Positions 23,643-33,354 of a stretch of 54,464 nt of DNA are shown in pieces. The DNA is taken from assembly GCA_002367635.1 (NCBI GenBank), contig DFDI01000073.1, positions 1 to 54,464 on the forward strand, read 5' to 3'. How positions within the stretch are numbered: position 1 is the first letter of the stretch; every line of letters begins with the position of its first letter. Under the pieces are notes generated by a model, which saw nothing but the letters and a program-made list of their open reading frames with translations, had not been told where the DNA came from and did no database searches. A program made the position numbers and the translations under genes. Origin of the DNA: Betaproteobacteria bacterium UBA3031. Lineage in GTDB: Bacteria > Pseudomonadota > Gammaproteobacteria > Burkholderiales > Eutrophovitaceae.

Positions 23643-24509
23643 ATGTATTTTAGACGTATAACGAGGTCAGTCTTCCCAGCCATCTTGCTGAGCTCTTTGG
23701 CAGTCTTTATTCTGATGTATGACGTCGTTGATGTGGATGCCCGAGGCAGCTCCGACCCACGTCTTAAGTCGAGAGTTGCTATCGTCGTAGATCAAACCAA
23801 TGGAGAGGTTATCTACGAAAAAAATGCTTCTGATTTGGCGCCCATCGCATCAATTACCAAATTGATGACAGCAATGGTCATTATTGATTCTGGTGTTCCT
23901 CTGCTCGAGTCTATGACGATTGCTAAGTCTGATGTTGATCGTTATAAAGGCTCACGGTCAAAGCTGAGTGTCGGTACGACTCTATTAAGAGCTGAGGTGT
24001 TGAAATTAGCGCTAATGGCGTCGGAAAACAGGGCCTCAGCTGCGCTGTCCCGAGTATTTCCGGGTGGGAAAAAGGCTTTTGTGCAGGCTATGAATGAGAA
24101 AGCTAAATCACTGGGAATGGATCAAACAGTTTTTGTTGATTCCACTGGTTTGCGTCCGGGAAATGTGTCCAGTGGCTTGGATCTAGTTAAGATGGTTGTT
24201 GCTGCATATGAATATCCTCTGATTCGTCAGTATACGACCACTTCTTCGTTTCAACTTCGAGCAAAAATAGGTGGGCGATCAGTCACGCTTGAATATGTCA
24301 ATTCGAATCGTTTAGTACGGAGTTCTAGATGGGAGATAGGACTGTCTAAGACCGGTTACATCAGTGAGTCGGGGCGCTGTTTAGTCATGCAAACGACCAT
24401 ACTCGGTAAGCCAGTCATTATGGTTTTGTTAGAGTCTTGGGGTAAGCTGACGGCTGCAGGTGATGCTGGGCGAGCTCGCCGTTGGATGGAGCAAGCTAAA
24501 AAGAAATAA
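23643..24509 (+). CDS. pbpG: D-alanyl-D-alanine endopeptidase (PBP7-like, peptidase S11)
   Basis: SxxK (ASITK), SEN and KTG motifs; N-terminal signal/TM. Confidence 0.88.
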   Translation: MYFRRITRSVFPAILLSSLAVFILMYDVVDVDARGSSDPRLKSRVAIVVDQTNGEVIYEKNASDLAPIASITKLMTAMVIIDSGVPLLESMTIAKSDVDRYKGSRSKLSVGTTLLRAEVLKLALMASENRASAALSRVFPGGKKAFVQAMNEKAKSLGMDQTVFVDSTGLRPGNVSSGLDLVKMVVAAYEYPLIRQYTTTSSFQLRAKIGGRSVTLEYVNSNRLVRSSRWEIGLSKTGYISESGRCLVMQTTILGKPVIMVLLESWGKLTAAGDAGRARRWMEQAKKK

Positions 24510-24535
24510 TCTAGACGTGTATCCGGAGTTTAATG

Positions 24536-25303
24536 TTATGCGCGTGCACTGCCTAGAGCTGCAGAGATTTTATCAGCCGTTGATTTGATATGCTTTCCCC
24601 AATTGCGGTTAAGTCTATGAGAAGGCGTGGAAATAGATAAACCGGCAACCAGCAAGCTAGAATCGTCATAAATCCCAGCGCCGATGCAAGAAAGTCCAGC
24701 TTCCGCCTCTTCATTATCAAACGCATAGCCTTGGGCTTGTATTTTTTCTAGTTCGGCAAACAAAATGTGGGAGTCTTTAATCGTATTTTTCGTGAAGACT
24801 TTAAGTCCATTTCTATTGATATAGCTCAAAGTTTCGTCTTTCCCATCTTCGATTAAAAAGATCTTACCAACTGCGGTGACATGCAAAGGTGCTTTAGCGC
24901 CAATGAGGTGTGTGACTCGTATTGCTGAGTGTTCCCCGGCTACACGTTCGACGTAGACCATTTCATCGCCTTGACGGATTGATAGGTTCACAGTCTCTTG
25001 GAGTTGTTGATGGAGTTCTTGCATGAAAGGCAGCGCTTCCTTGCGGATGTCAATCCGGGTTTTAGTAATATTGCCGAGTTCGAGCAAACGCGTGCCAAGC
25101 CGATAGCTCCCAGTTTGGACTTTATCGATGACGCGATAATGCGCTAGAGCATTTAGTATTCGGTGAGCTGTAGAAGGGTGAAGGTTGGTGACTTGAGACA
25201 ACTCTTTTAAATTCATTGGGTTGCCTGACTTAGATAGAACGTCAATCAGCCCCATCATTCGGTCTATTACCTGAATGGATGTCCTACCATTTGTTTCTTG
25301 CAT
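24536..25303 (-). CDS. IclR-family transcriptional regulator
   Basis: SIQVIDR, HTH LHPSTAHRIL, TAVGK, GYAFDNEE; divergent from lutABC. Confidence 0.93.
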   Translation of the reverse strand: MQETNGRTSIQVIDRMMGLIDVLSKSGNPMNLKELSQVTNLHPSTAHRILNALAHYRVIDKVQTGSYRLGTRLLELGNITKTRIDIRKEALPFMQELHQQLQETVNLSIRQGDEMVYVERVAGEHSAIRVTHLIGAKAPLHVTAVGKIFLIEDGKDETLSYINRNGLKVFTKNTIKDSHILFAELEKIQAQGYAFDNEEAEAGLSCIGAGIYDDSSLLVAGLSISTPSHRLNRNWGKHIKSTADKISAALGSARA

Positions 25304-25525
25304 TTTTGAGGATACGTTACAGTTGCAGTGTTAATTGTGCGTTGCGGTAAATATAAATCAAACCTCACGCTCAATCAACCGAATAAGCCTTTAAGGAGTG
25401 AATATTTTTGAGGCATGGATTCTGATAGTGCTGTGTTAAAATTCGCGGAAACCCTTCGATAGTTAAGCCGAATCTTTTCGGTATTCAAGCGAGATAGTAA
25501 TCAATTAAGGTTTAGGTAAGCAAAT

Positions 25526-26266
25526 ATGCGAGTAGGATTATTCGTCACCTGTGTGGTCGATTTGATGCGACCAAGTATTGGCCTAGCTGCCGTCAAGTTG
25601 TTGGAACGAGCGGATTGTGAGGTGATTTTCCCTGAAAATCAAACGTGTTGTGGGCAACCAGCTTACAACGCGGGCGATAGGTTAACAGCACAACAGCTCG
25701 CTAGAAAAGTGATTTCCGAGTTTGCAGATGTCGATTACGTAGTTATCCCTTCTGGATCTTGTGGGGGAATGATTAAAACCCACTATGAAGAGCTCTTGTC
25801 AGACCTGCCTGAGTACCGAGTTAAAGCGCAATGGTTGGCGGCTAGAACCTACGAATTAACCGATTTTTTGGTGAACGTTGTTGATATGGACTCGTTCGAT
25901 ACGACTTTTCAAGGAGCGATTGCTTACCATGATTCGTGCGCAGGACTTAGAGAACTCAATATTAAAGAGCAGCCTAGAAAGTTACTCTCGCACTTAGCAC
26001 ATGTCGATTTGAAGGAAATGGCAGGGGCCGAACAATGTTGTGGTTTTGGAGGAACATTTTCAGTCAAGTATGGCGATATCTCGTCGCGAATAGTTGATCT
26101 CAAATGCGATGATCTTGAGGCTACTGAAGTGGATGCTCTGGTGCTTGGTGATCTTGGCTGTATGTTAAATATTGAGGGTAAGCTTCGCCGCAGGGGAAAT
26201 CATAAAACGAAAGTACTTCACATAGCCGAGGTCCTTACCGGCTTAGTCGGTGAAGAGACAGAATAG
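25526..26266 (+). CDS. lutA: L-lactate dehydrogenase complex Fe-S subunit LutA/LldE
   Basis: Two CCG domains (QTCCGQP, CCGFGGTF), YHDSC, DLGC. Confidence 0.9.
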   Translation: MRVGLFVTCVVDLMRPSIGLAAVKLLERADCEVIFPENQTCCGQPAYNAGDRLTAQQLARKVISEFADVDYVVIPSGSCGGMIKTHYEELLSDLPEYRVKAQWLAARTYELTDFLVNVVDMDSFDTTFQGAIAYHDSCAGLRELNIKEQPRKLLSHLAHVDLKEMAGAEQCCGFGGTFSVKYGDISSRIVDLKCDDLEATEVDALVLGDLGCMLNIEGKLRRRGNHKTKVLHIAEVLTGLVGEETE

Positions 26267-26283
26267 CATCAGGAAAATTTCTC

Positions 26284-27702
26284 ATGGAACTAACATCACA
26301 CCAATTCAAGTCTGTTTCGAGTGCGAAACTTAAAGACGTGAAGTTGCAAAAGGCATTGTATAAAGCGAAAGACGGATTTGTCGTTCCTCGTGCCAAAGTT
26401 GTTGCAGAACTAGATAACTTTGAGGAAATACGCCAGGCTGCGGCCGATGTGAGGGATCATGGTCTAGCGCATTTAGACGTGTACTTAGAGGAGTGGGAAA
26501 AGCAGGCGCAAGCGGCTGGTACCATCGTCCATTGGGCTGAGTCTTACGAAGAATTGAACGCCCTTGTTGTTAAGATTGCCCAAGATAATCAGGTCAAAAA
26601 AATTATCAAATCCAAATCGATGGTCGGTGAAGAGACTGGGCTGAATCGGTATGTTGAAGGCCATGGCATCGAGGTTAAAGAGACGGATTTGGGTGAGTAC
26701 ATTATCCAACAAGCTGGCGAACATCCTTCTCATATTATTGCACCAGCAACTCATAAATCTAAGGATGATGTTGCTGATTTATTCGCCGAAAAACACCAAC
26801 GTCCACGTTTGGATGATGCGGAAAAATTGACACATGAGGCCAGAGAAATACTGCGGCCACATTTTTTAGACGCCGACATGGGTATTACAGGCGCCAATTT
26901 CATGATAGCTGAGACCGGATCTACGGTGATTCTGACTAATGAGGGCAATGGTCGTATGACCACGACGATGCCAAGGGTGCATGTTGCGATCAGCAGTATT
27001 GAAAAATGTATTCCTACGCTGGATGATTTTGCATTAATGATGCGACTCCTTCCTCGGTCGGCGACTGGGCAAGTGATCAGTAACTACGTGTCAATGACGA
27101 CGGGGCCAAAACGAGCTAAGGACAACGATGGTCCAGGTGAGTTTCACGTCATTATTTTAGATGTCGGTCGTACACGAGTCTTGGGGTCAGATCTTCGAGA
27201 TGCGCTGCGTTGCATTCGTTGTGGAGCTTGTATGAACCACTGTCCCGTTTATCAAAATGTTGGTGGCCATGCTTATGGTTGGGTCTATCCGGGCCCAATT
27301 GGGTCAGTGTTAACCCCGGCTTATAATGGCATCGAGAACGCAATTGATTTACCTAATGCGGCAACGTTGTGTAATCAGTGCGGGGTGGTGTGTCCAGTTA
27401 AAATTCCGTTGCCTGATTTGATGAGGAAGTTGAGAGAGAAGCAGTATGAAAGAAACCTTAAGTCTTCGGCAGAAAAATGGTCACTCAGGCTTTGGGCGTA
27501 CCTCGCGCTTCGACCGAAGCTGTACTCAATCGTAACGAGAATTATGGCGAGGGTTGGAAAGTTGTTGGGCGGAGATTCGCGGCGTATTAACCACCTGTTG
27601 TTCGGTGGCAAAGATTGGACCCGACATCGAGATTTGCCTGCTCCCCGGGGACGGACTTTTAGAGATATCTATCTAAATAGAAATAAGACCACTAATCGAT
27701 AA
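26284..27702 (+). CDS. lutB: L-lactate dehydrogenase complex Fe-S subunit LutB/LldF
   Basis: ETDLGEYI, TNEGNG, CIRCGACMNHCPVY, CNQCGVVCPV. Confidence 0.92.
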   Translation: MELTSHQFKSVSSAKLKDVKLQKALYKAKDGFVVPRAKVVAELDNFEEIRQAAADVRDHGLAHLDVYLEEWEKQAQAAGTIVHWAESYEELNALVVKIAQDNQVKKIIKSKSMVGEETGLNRYVEGHGIEVKETDLGEYIIQQAGEHPSHIIAPATHKSKDDVADLFAEKHQRPRLDDAEKLTHEAREILRPHFLDADMGITGANFMIAETGSTVILTNEGNGRMTTTMPRVHVAISSIEKCIPTLDDFALMMRLLPRSATGQVISNYVSMTTGPKRAKDNDGPGEFHVIILDVGRTRVLGSDLRDALRCIRCGACMNHCPVYQNVGGHAYGWVYPGPIGSVLTPAYNGIENAIDLPNAATLCNQCGVVCPVKIPLPDLMRKLREKQYERNLKSSAEKWSLRLWAYLALRPKLYSIVTRIMARVGKLLGGDSRRINHLLFGGKDWTRHRDLPAPRGRTFRDIYLNRNKTTNR

Positions 27703-27710
27703 ATCACACT

Positions 27711-28358
27711 ATGCCTGCTAGGGAAAATATTTTGGCCCGAATCCGGGCTGCAAACAAAGCTGCCAATGTTGCGGACGTGATGGATAGTTCGGTCGCTGAT
27801 CGGCTTGCCAGCCCACCCATAAGTCCCTTACCTAAATTAGAGTGGGATCCAGAGGGGCAGTTTAAGCTTAGGGGTCATGAGTCCGCATCTACTTTAGATG
27901 AGATTGCTCAGATTGACGAGTTACCGCGTGCAGTGACTCGTTATCTCAGTAAAAACACCCTACCCACTAAACTAGTGTGTTGGCCAGAGTTCATCGATTT
28001 ACCTTGGTCAGCTGAGGGTATTCAAATTGAGAGTCGTGGCGCTATTGGGGATGATAAAGTGGGTCTTACCGGGAGTTATTGTGCTATCGCCGAAACAGGG
28101 ACGCTAGTACTGCTCTCAGGACAGGAAAGTCACGCGACTACCAGCCTGTTGCCCGAAACGCACATTGCGGTTATTCGTCGATCTAGAATCGTGAAGACTA
28201 TGGAGGACGCGTGGCAATTAATTCGTGGTGAGGTAGTCTCGTTACCGAGGCAAGTAAGTTTTATTTCGGGTCCTTCACGAACGGCAGATATTGAAATGAC
28301 GCTTGTTTACGGTGCCCATGGTCCATTTCGGGTTCATGTGATAATTCTTGATCAATGA
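27711..28358 (+). CDS. lutC: Lactate utilization protein LutC/LldG (LUD domain)
   Basis: AIAETGT, ISGPSRTADIE, GAHGP. Confidence 0.9.
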   Translation: MPARENILARIRAANKAANVADVMDSSVADRLASPPISPLPKLEWDPEGQFKLRGHESASTLDEIAQIDELPRAVTRYLSKNTLPTKLVCWPEFIDLPWSAEGIQIESRGAIGDDKVGLTGSYCAIAETGTLVLLSGQESHATTSLLPETHIAVIRRSRIVKTMEDAWQLIRGEVVSLPRQVSFISGPSRTADIEMTLVYGAHGPFRVHVIILDQ

Positions 28359-28394
28359 GTACCAACAGATTAACGACTGTAATTGAATCATAAG

Positions 28395-28970
28395 ATGAAG
28401 GTTAAAAAATTCAGCGGCGGGTGGAGAGCTAAACTTAAACGTTTCTTGCCTTCAGCAGAGACTATTCGAAATAACAAATGGGTTGGTTGGATCGGCCCTG
28501 CTCTGTATCACCCAAGATTGTGGCAACTCAACCGAAAGGGCGTGGCTACGGGTGTTGCTATAGGCGTCTTTTTCGGATTTTTGATTCCTCTATTTCAAAT
28601 ACCTTTTGCTGCGGTTTTCGCTGTTTGGTTCAGAGGCCATTTAGTCGCAGCAGTTGTTTCGACAATGATTACCAACCCTTTGACATTCGCGCCTATTTAT
28701 TTGCTCGCGAATGAAATTGGCCAGTTTGTTTTTGCGTTATTAGAACCCGGTACCCCCAACATCATAACGGATGCCGCCTACCAAGCCGGGGATATGGTTG
28801 TGGGGTGGCTCGATAAATTCATGTCAGTTGGAAAAAATGTTGCTGTTGGATTGCTCTTGCTAGCGGTATTCGGGGCTATGTCTGCCTACATATTGGTCTT
28901 AGGCCTGTGGCGTGTGATCGTCAATATTGAATGGTATCGAAGGCGCAGAGGTAGGTTAGCGCAGAAGTAG
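28395..28970 (+). CDS. DUF2062-family membrane protein
   Basis: VAxGVAIGVFFG..IP..Q, TNPLTFAPIY; start uncertain (TTG 28383 or ATG 28395). Confidence 0.8.
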   Translation: MKVKKFSGGWRAKLKRFLPSAETIRNNKWVGWIGPALYHPRLWQLNRKGVATGVAIGVFFGFLIPLFQIPFAAVFAVWFRGHLVAAVVSTMITNPLTFAPIYLLANEIGQFVFALLEPGTPNIITDAAYQAGDMVVGWLDKFMSVGKNVAVGLLLLAVFGAMSAYILVLGLWRVIVNIEWYRRRRGRLAQK

Positions 28971-29020
28971 GATGTCCCGTTAGATCTGTTCACTTAGTTC
29001 TTATTTATTTCCATCAAGCC

Positions 29021-29054
29021 GATCCATAAGCCTTTTTCATAGGGCTTATGGATC
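29021..29054. terminator. Hairpin between convergent DUF2062 and nhaB (probable terminator)
   Basis: Perfect 12-bp stem GATCCATAAGCC (29021-29032) / GGCTTATGGATC (29043-29054); weak U-tracts. Confidence 0.7.
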
Positions 29055-29069
29055 TCTCTTACACCAAAA

Positions 29070-30674
29070 TTAGTGGTGATCCTTGGTGTCTACCTCGTGG
29101 TTGTTGAGTTCAGAAGCCTGGTGATGGCTAATGAGACCACTTTCATACATGGATGATGTCATAGGGGGTAGCCACATCATGACGGCCACAAGGCCAGTGA
29201 TAGCCATGGTCACGGTGTAGGGTAATGCCATGAATACCATTCTCCCGTATGACAGATTAATCAAAGGAGCTAAGGCAGACGTAAGCAGGAATAAGAAGGC
29301 AGCTTGACCATTCGGTGTGGCCACGCTCGGTATGTTGGTGCCAGTATTCACTGCAACCGCCAAGAGATCGAATTGATCCCTAGAGATAATGCCTTCCGCT
29401 AACGCTTTCGCTAACTCGTTGATATACACCGTGGCAACGAATACGTTATCGCTAATTGCAGAGAGCAAACCGTTCGCTACGTAAAATAAACCAATTTGCT
29501 CAACACCATCGAGCGCTAGACCATAGTGAACGATGCCTGAAAATAGATTTTGATCCTGAATAACAGCAACGATTGCAAAGAAGACCACTAACAAAGCAGT
29601 GAATGGAAGTGCTTCGGTGAAGGCATAACCAATATCATGTTCTTTGATCACACCATTAAATGCTGTAATAAATATAATTACAGATAAACCGATTACTCCA
29701 ACTTCTGCAAGATGAAGTCCCAATGCGATCATCAGCCATATCCCGGCAATACCCTGGATGACTAACTTGGCTTTATCTTCAGGTGTCCTTTTCGCTTGCT
29801 CTCTTTTATCAAAGTCTATTAAGACTTCCAAAATTTCGACAGGGATTTTTGTGCCGTATCCGAACATCTTGAATTTTTCTACTGCGGCACACGTTAGCAG
29901 GCCTACGAAGAGGACGGGGAGGGTGACTGGCGCCATGCGGATAAAGAATTCAATAAACTCCCAGCTGGCACGCTCAGCGATTAAAAGGTTTTGCGGCTCA
30001 CCAACGAGGGTACACACACCACCGAGAGCTGTTCCTACCGCACCATGCATCATTAAACTTCGTAAAAATGCTTTGAATTGTTCCAGTTTGTCGCGATGAG
30101 CATCTTGAATATTTTGATCATCAGCTAGATCATCATGATCATCAAATGCTTTGCCCGACGCCACCTTATGGTAGATCCCATAAAAACCTACAGCGACGGC
30201 AATAATGACTGCAGTAACGGTCAGCGCATCAAGAAATGCGGAGAGAAACGCTGCCATTAACGAGAACAGTAACGACAAGATAATTTTAGATCGGACATTA
30301 ATGAGTACTTTGGTGAAGAGAAATAAAAGCAATCCCTTCATAAAGTAGATTCCAGAGACCATAAACATCAGCAGCAGGATCACCGGAAAATTTAATAGAA
30401 TCTCGTGATAAACCGTTGCAGGTGAGGTCATTCCAATCGCAACGGCTTCAATAGCAAGCAAGCCACCAGGCGCAAGAGGATAGGCCTTCAGCGCCATCGC
30501 AAGAGTGAAAATAAATTGAATGATAAGAATCCAACCCGTAATGAATGGGCCGACGGTGTGAAATAGTATTGGGTTAACAATCAGAAATAGAATGATTGTT
30601 GCTTTATACCAGGTCGGTGTTCCATGAAGAAAGTTCGTCAGGTAAACCAACCTACTTGCATTCGATGATGTCAC
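29070..30674 (-). CDS. nhaB: Na+/H+ antiporter NhaB
   Basis: [63 protein letters not shown]; GTG 30674 has an AGGAGG SD. Confidence 0.93.
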   Translation of the reverse strand: MTSSNASRLVYLTNFLHGTPTWYKATIILFLIVNPILFHTVGPFITGWILIIQFIFTLAMALKAYPLAPGGLLAIEAVAIGMTSPATVYHEILLNFPVILLLMFMVSGIYFMKGLLLFLFTKVLINVRSKIILSLLFSLMAAFLSAFLDALTVTAVIIAVAVGFYGIYHKVASGKAFDDHDDLADDQNIQDAHRDKLEQFKAFLRSLMMHGAVGTALGGVCTLVGEPQNLLIAERASWEFIEFFIRMAPVTLPVLFVGLLTCAAVEKFKMFGYGTKIPVEILEVLIDFDKREQAKRTPEDKAKLVIQGIAGIWLMIALGLHLAEVGVIGLSVIIFITAFNGVIKEHDIGYAFTEALPFTALLVVFFAIVAVIQDQNLFSGIVHYGLALDGVEQIGLFYVANGLLSAISDNVFVATVYINELAKALAEGIISRDQFDLLAVAVNTGTNIPSVATPNGQAAFLFLLTSALAPLINLSYGRMVFMALPYTVTMAITGLVAVMMWLPPMTSSMYESGLISHHQASELNNHEVDTKDHH

Positions 30675-30759
30675 AGCAGTACCTCCTATTAAACGTGTGC
30701 CCGCAACGTACACAGGATACAAGTACAATCATTAGATTATATCTGGCTGAATTTTAGCA
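30675..30759 (-). promoter_or_regulatory. nhaB promoter candidates and structured 5' leader
   Basis: Minus strand TGCTAAAAT (extended -10, 30759-30751) and TATAAT (30741-30736); hairpin covering SD AGGAGG (30687-30682). Confidence 0.45.
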
Positions 30760-30912
30760 CGCTTCGAGCCGAAAACTTGGTCTAAAAAAGGATCAAGACC
30801 ATTTCGTGAATTATGCCAAAATCCTATTTGGTTGGTATTATTGCTGTTTATCTGCGTCTCTAAGTTTTGGGCCTTAGATTAATGTGTGAAAACTGAGTTT
30901 GGATGCCATTTA

Positions 30913-31878
30913 ATGAAGAAAATAGTTGTTACTCGTGAAGTTTTTACTGAAACCATTGATTTTTTAAAATCACATTTTGATGTTGCCTCCAATCAAGAGG
31001 ATCGTTTGTTTCGCCGCAATGAGTTGCTCTCCTTAATCTCTGGTGCGGAAGGGATCCAAACAGGCTCTGGGGATCAGGTCAACGATGAATTCTTAGATGC
31101 TGCTCCTCAAGTCAAGATAGTCGCGAATACAGCGGTGGGCTATAACAATATAGACGTTGACGCGTGTTCGCGGCGTGGAGTTATCGTCACAAATACGCCT
31201 GGAGTCCTGGATGAGTGTGTGGCGGATTACGCGATGGGGCTGATGATCGCTGCGTGCAGACGCATAGGAGAAGGTGAACGATTCTTGAGGTCGGGCCAAT
31301 GGAAGGCTGTTTACTTTAAACAGATGTTAGGGGTCGATATACATGGTGGAACGCTCGGATTGGTGGGGTTCGGTCGAATTGGCCAAGCGATTGCGAGACG
31401 AGCTAACGGATTTGGTATGCGGGTCATTTACCACGCACGATCAAGGGTCAGCGAAGACGTTGAGCAAAATCTCAATGCAACTTATGTTGATAAGTCTCAT
31501 TTGCTTCAAGAATCAGATGTGGTGCTCCTCATTTTGCCCTACTCGAAGGATACTCATCATTTCATCGGTGCACGCGAATTACGTCAGATGAAGCCACGAT
31601 CGGTTTTGGTCAACATCGCCAGAGGTGGTATTGTGGATGACAACGCGTTAATTATGGCGTTGAGGGATGGAGTTATATTTGCTGCAGGATTAGATGTCTA
31701 TGAGGGTGAGCCGGCGTTAAATCCTGAATTTTTAGAACTTGAAAATGTGGTTCTGTCTCCTCACATCGGCAGTGCGTCTGAGCCTACTCGAAGAGCGATG
31801 GCAATGACCGCTGCGAAGAATTTAGTGGCCGTCTTAGCACATGGACAAGCCCCGTTAAATTGGGTTAATCCTCGCTAA
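30913..31878 (+). CDS. D-2-hydroxyacid dehydrogenase (glyoxylate/hydroxypyruvate reductase-like)
   Basis: AVGYNNID, GFGRIG, NIARG, LDVYEGEP, PHIGS; likely ATG 30913. Confidence 0.92.
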   Translation: MKKIVVTREVFTETIDFLKSHFDVASNQEDRLFRRNELLSLISGAEGIQTGSGDQVNDEFLDAAPQVKIVANTAVGYNNIDVDACSRRGVIVTNTPGVLDECVADYAMGLMIAACRRIGEGERFLRSGQWKAVYFKQMLGVDIHGGTLGLVGFGRIGQAIARRANGFGMRVIYHARSRVSEDVEQNLNATYVDKSHLLQESDVVLLILPYSKDTHHFIGARELRQMKPRSVLVNIARGGIVDDNALIMALRDGVIFAAGLDVYEGEPALNPEFLELENVVLSPHIGSASEPTRRAMAMTAAKNLVAVLAHGQAPLNWVNPR

Positions 31879-31948
31879 CAGTTTAGAATTAGTGTTAAGT
31901 GTAAAAATTTAAAATTCATCCGTATTTTTAATTGTATCGATACCAACT

Positions 31949-33268
31949 ATGAATCAATTGTTTAGACTCGGGCTGCATGAGGTGGTAAAAAGATTACGTG
32001 AAGGCAAGCTCAAGCCCTCGGTTTATATCAGCAACTTGCTGGAACGAATTAATGACTTAGAAGGTAGCGTTCAGGCTTGGCAGTGGTTAGACCGGGATCG
32101 AGCTTTAGGCATTGCAAAAAAAGCTGATACGTCTGCCGCAGCTCTCCGCGCAGCGCATCCTCTTTATGGCATTCCCATTGGTGTTAAAGATAACATCTAT
32201 ACCGCTGGCATTCCCACCGAGATGGGCTGCTGTTTGTATCAAAATTATGTACCAGAAAAGTCCGCGGATATCGTGACGCGTATTGAAAAATCTGGTGCGT
32301 TTGTATTTGGTAAAACGGTGACGACTGAGGCGGCCTTTATGATGCCTTCTAAGACCCGAAACCCATGGAATTTGCAACACACTCCGGGAGGCTCGTCCAG
32401 TGGGTCGGCTGCAGCGGTTGCCGCGGGATTTGTCCCGGGTGCGGTGGGGACGCAAACAAATGGCTCAATTATTCGACCAGCCGCTTATTGCGGTGTCGTT
32501 GGTTACAAAATGACGAGGGGATTGATTGGTTTGGAAGGTATTATGCCTTTTTCACCAATGTTCGATCAGCCAGGGGTCTTTGCCAGAAGTGTCGCCGATT
32601 CCGCGCTATTAGCATCTAGCTTTGCCGGTCCTCGTTCTGGTATATCGCCAAATGCGTCACCGCTTAAAAATACGCCTAGACTGGCTGCAGTCCGCTCACC
32701 ATCTTGGTACCTTGCTGCACCTGAGGCCAGAGCTCAATTTGAATCTGATATTTCACGACTCAGGAGCGCTGGTGCGAATATAGATGTGCTTGAACTTCCA
32801 GGAGAATTTGATCGCGCACACAAGGTTCACCGAACAATCATGCTTTATGAGGCCGCACGGGTTTCGCGAGCAGTAAGAGTAGAATTTCGTGGCTACTTCT
32901 CGGATTTTCTCATTCATGCTCTGGAAGAAGGAGACCGTGTTACTGAGACCCAGTTTAGGGATGCCGTCAAGAAAAAAAATGCGCTGCAAAATAGTTTTGC
33001 TGCTTTTATGGACCGAGGTTATTCGGCAGTCATCACACCTCCTGCAACTGGGGAAGCGCCTGACTCACTACATGTTACTGGGGACCCCAGTTTTTGTTCA
33101 ATTTGGACGTTAATTGGCGCTCCGGCCATCACCATTCCCACCGGTTTAGGGCCTCGTGGATTACCTTTGGGACTGCAATTAATAAGCGCGGTTGATGAAG
33201 ACAACTATCTTTTGGCAACCGCAGCATGGTGTGAGCGACATTCTCCTTTCAAAGGTCTAAGTTCTTAG
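31949..33268 (+). CDS. Amidase-signature family enzyme
   Basis: GVKDNI, PGGSSSGSAAAVAA, GTQTNGSIIRPA (Lys-Ser-Ser triad). Confidence 0.92.
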   Translation: MNQLFRLGLHEVVKRLREGKLKPSVYISNLLERINDLEGSVQAWQWLDRDRALGIAKKADTSAAALRAAHPLYGIPIGVKDNIYTAGIPTEMGCCLYQNYVPEKSADIVTRIEKSGAFVFGKTVTTEAAFMMPSKTRNPWNLQHTPGGSSSGSAAAVAAGFVPGAVGTQTNGSIIRPAAYCGVVGYKMTRGLIGLEGIMPFSPMFDQPGVFARSVADSALLASSFAGPRSGISPNASPLKNTPRLAAVRSPSWYLAAPEARAQFESDISRLRSAGANIDVLELPGEFDRAHKVHRTIMLYEAARVSRAVRVEFRGYFSDFLIHALEEGDRVTETQFRDAVKKKNALQNSFAAFMDRGYSAVITPPATGEAPDSLHVTGDPSFCSIWTLIGAPAITIPTGLGPRGLPLGLQLISAVDEDNYLLATAAWCERHSPFKGLSS

Positions 33269-33354
33269 GGCTTGGTCTTGGCTTAGGTTTTACCCTGATC
33301 TTTTGAAAACCTCCTGGCACATTGTGGAGCACGGAGATTTGCATCAATTTTGCT

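Noticed and set aside
31949-33268. Amidase called as gatA
   Set aside because: No adjacent gatC/gatB, shorter than GatA and lacking its typical motifs; a generic amidase-signature enzyme.
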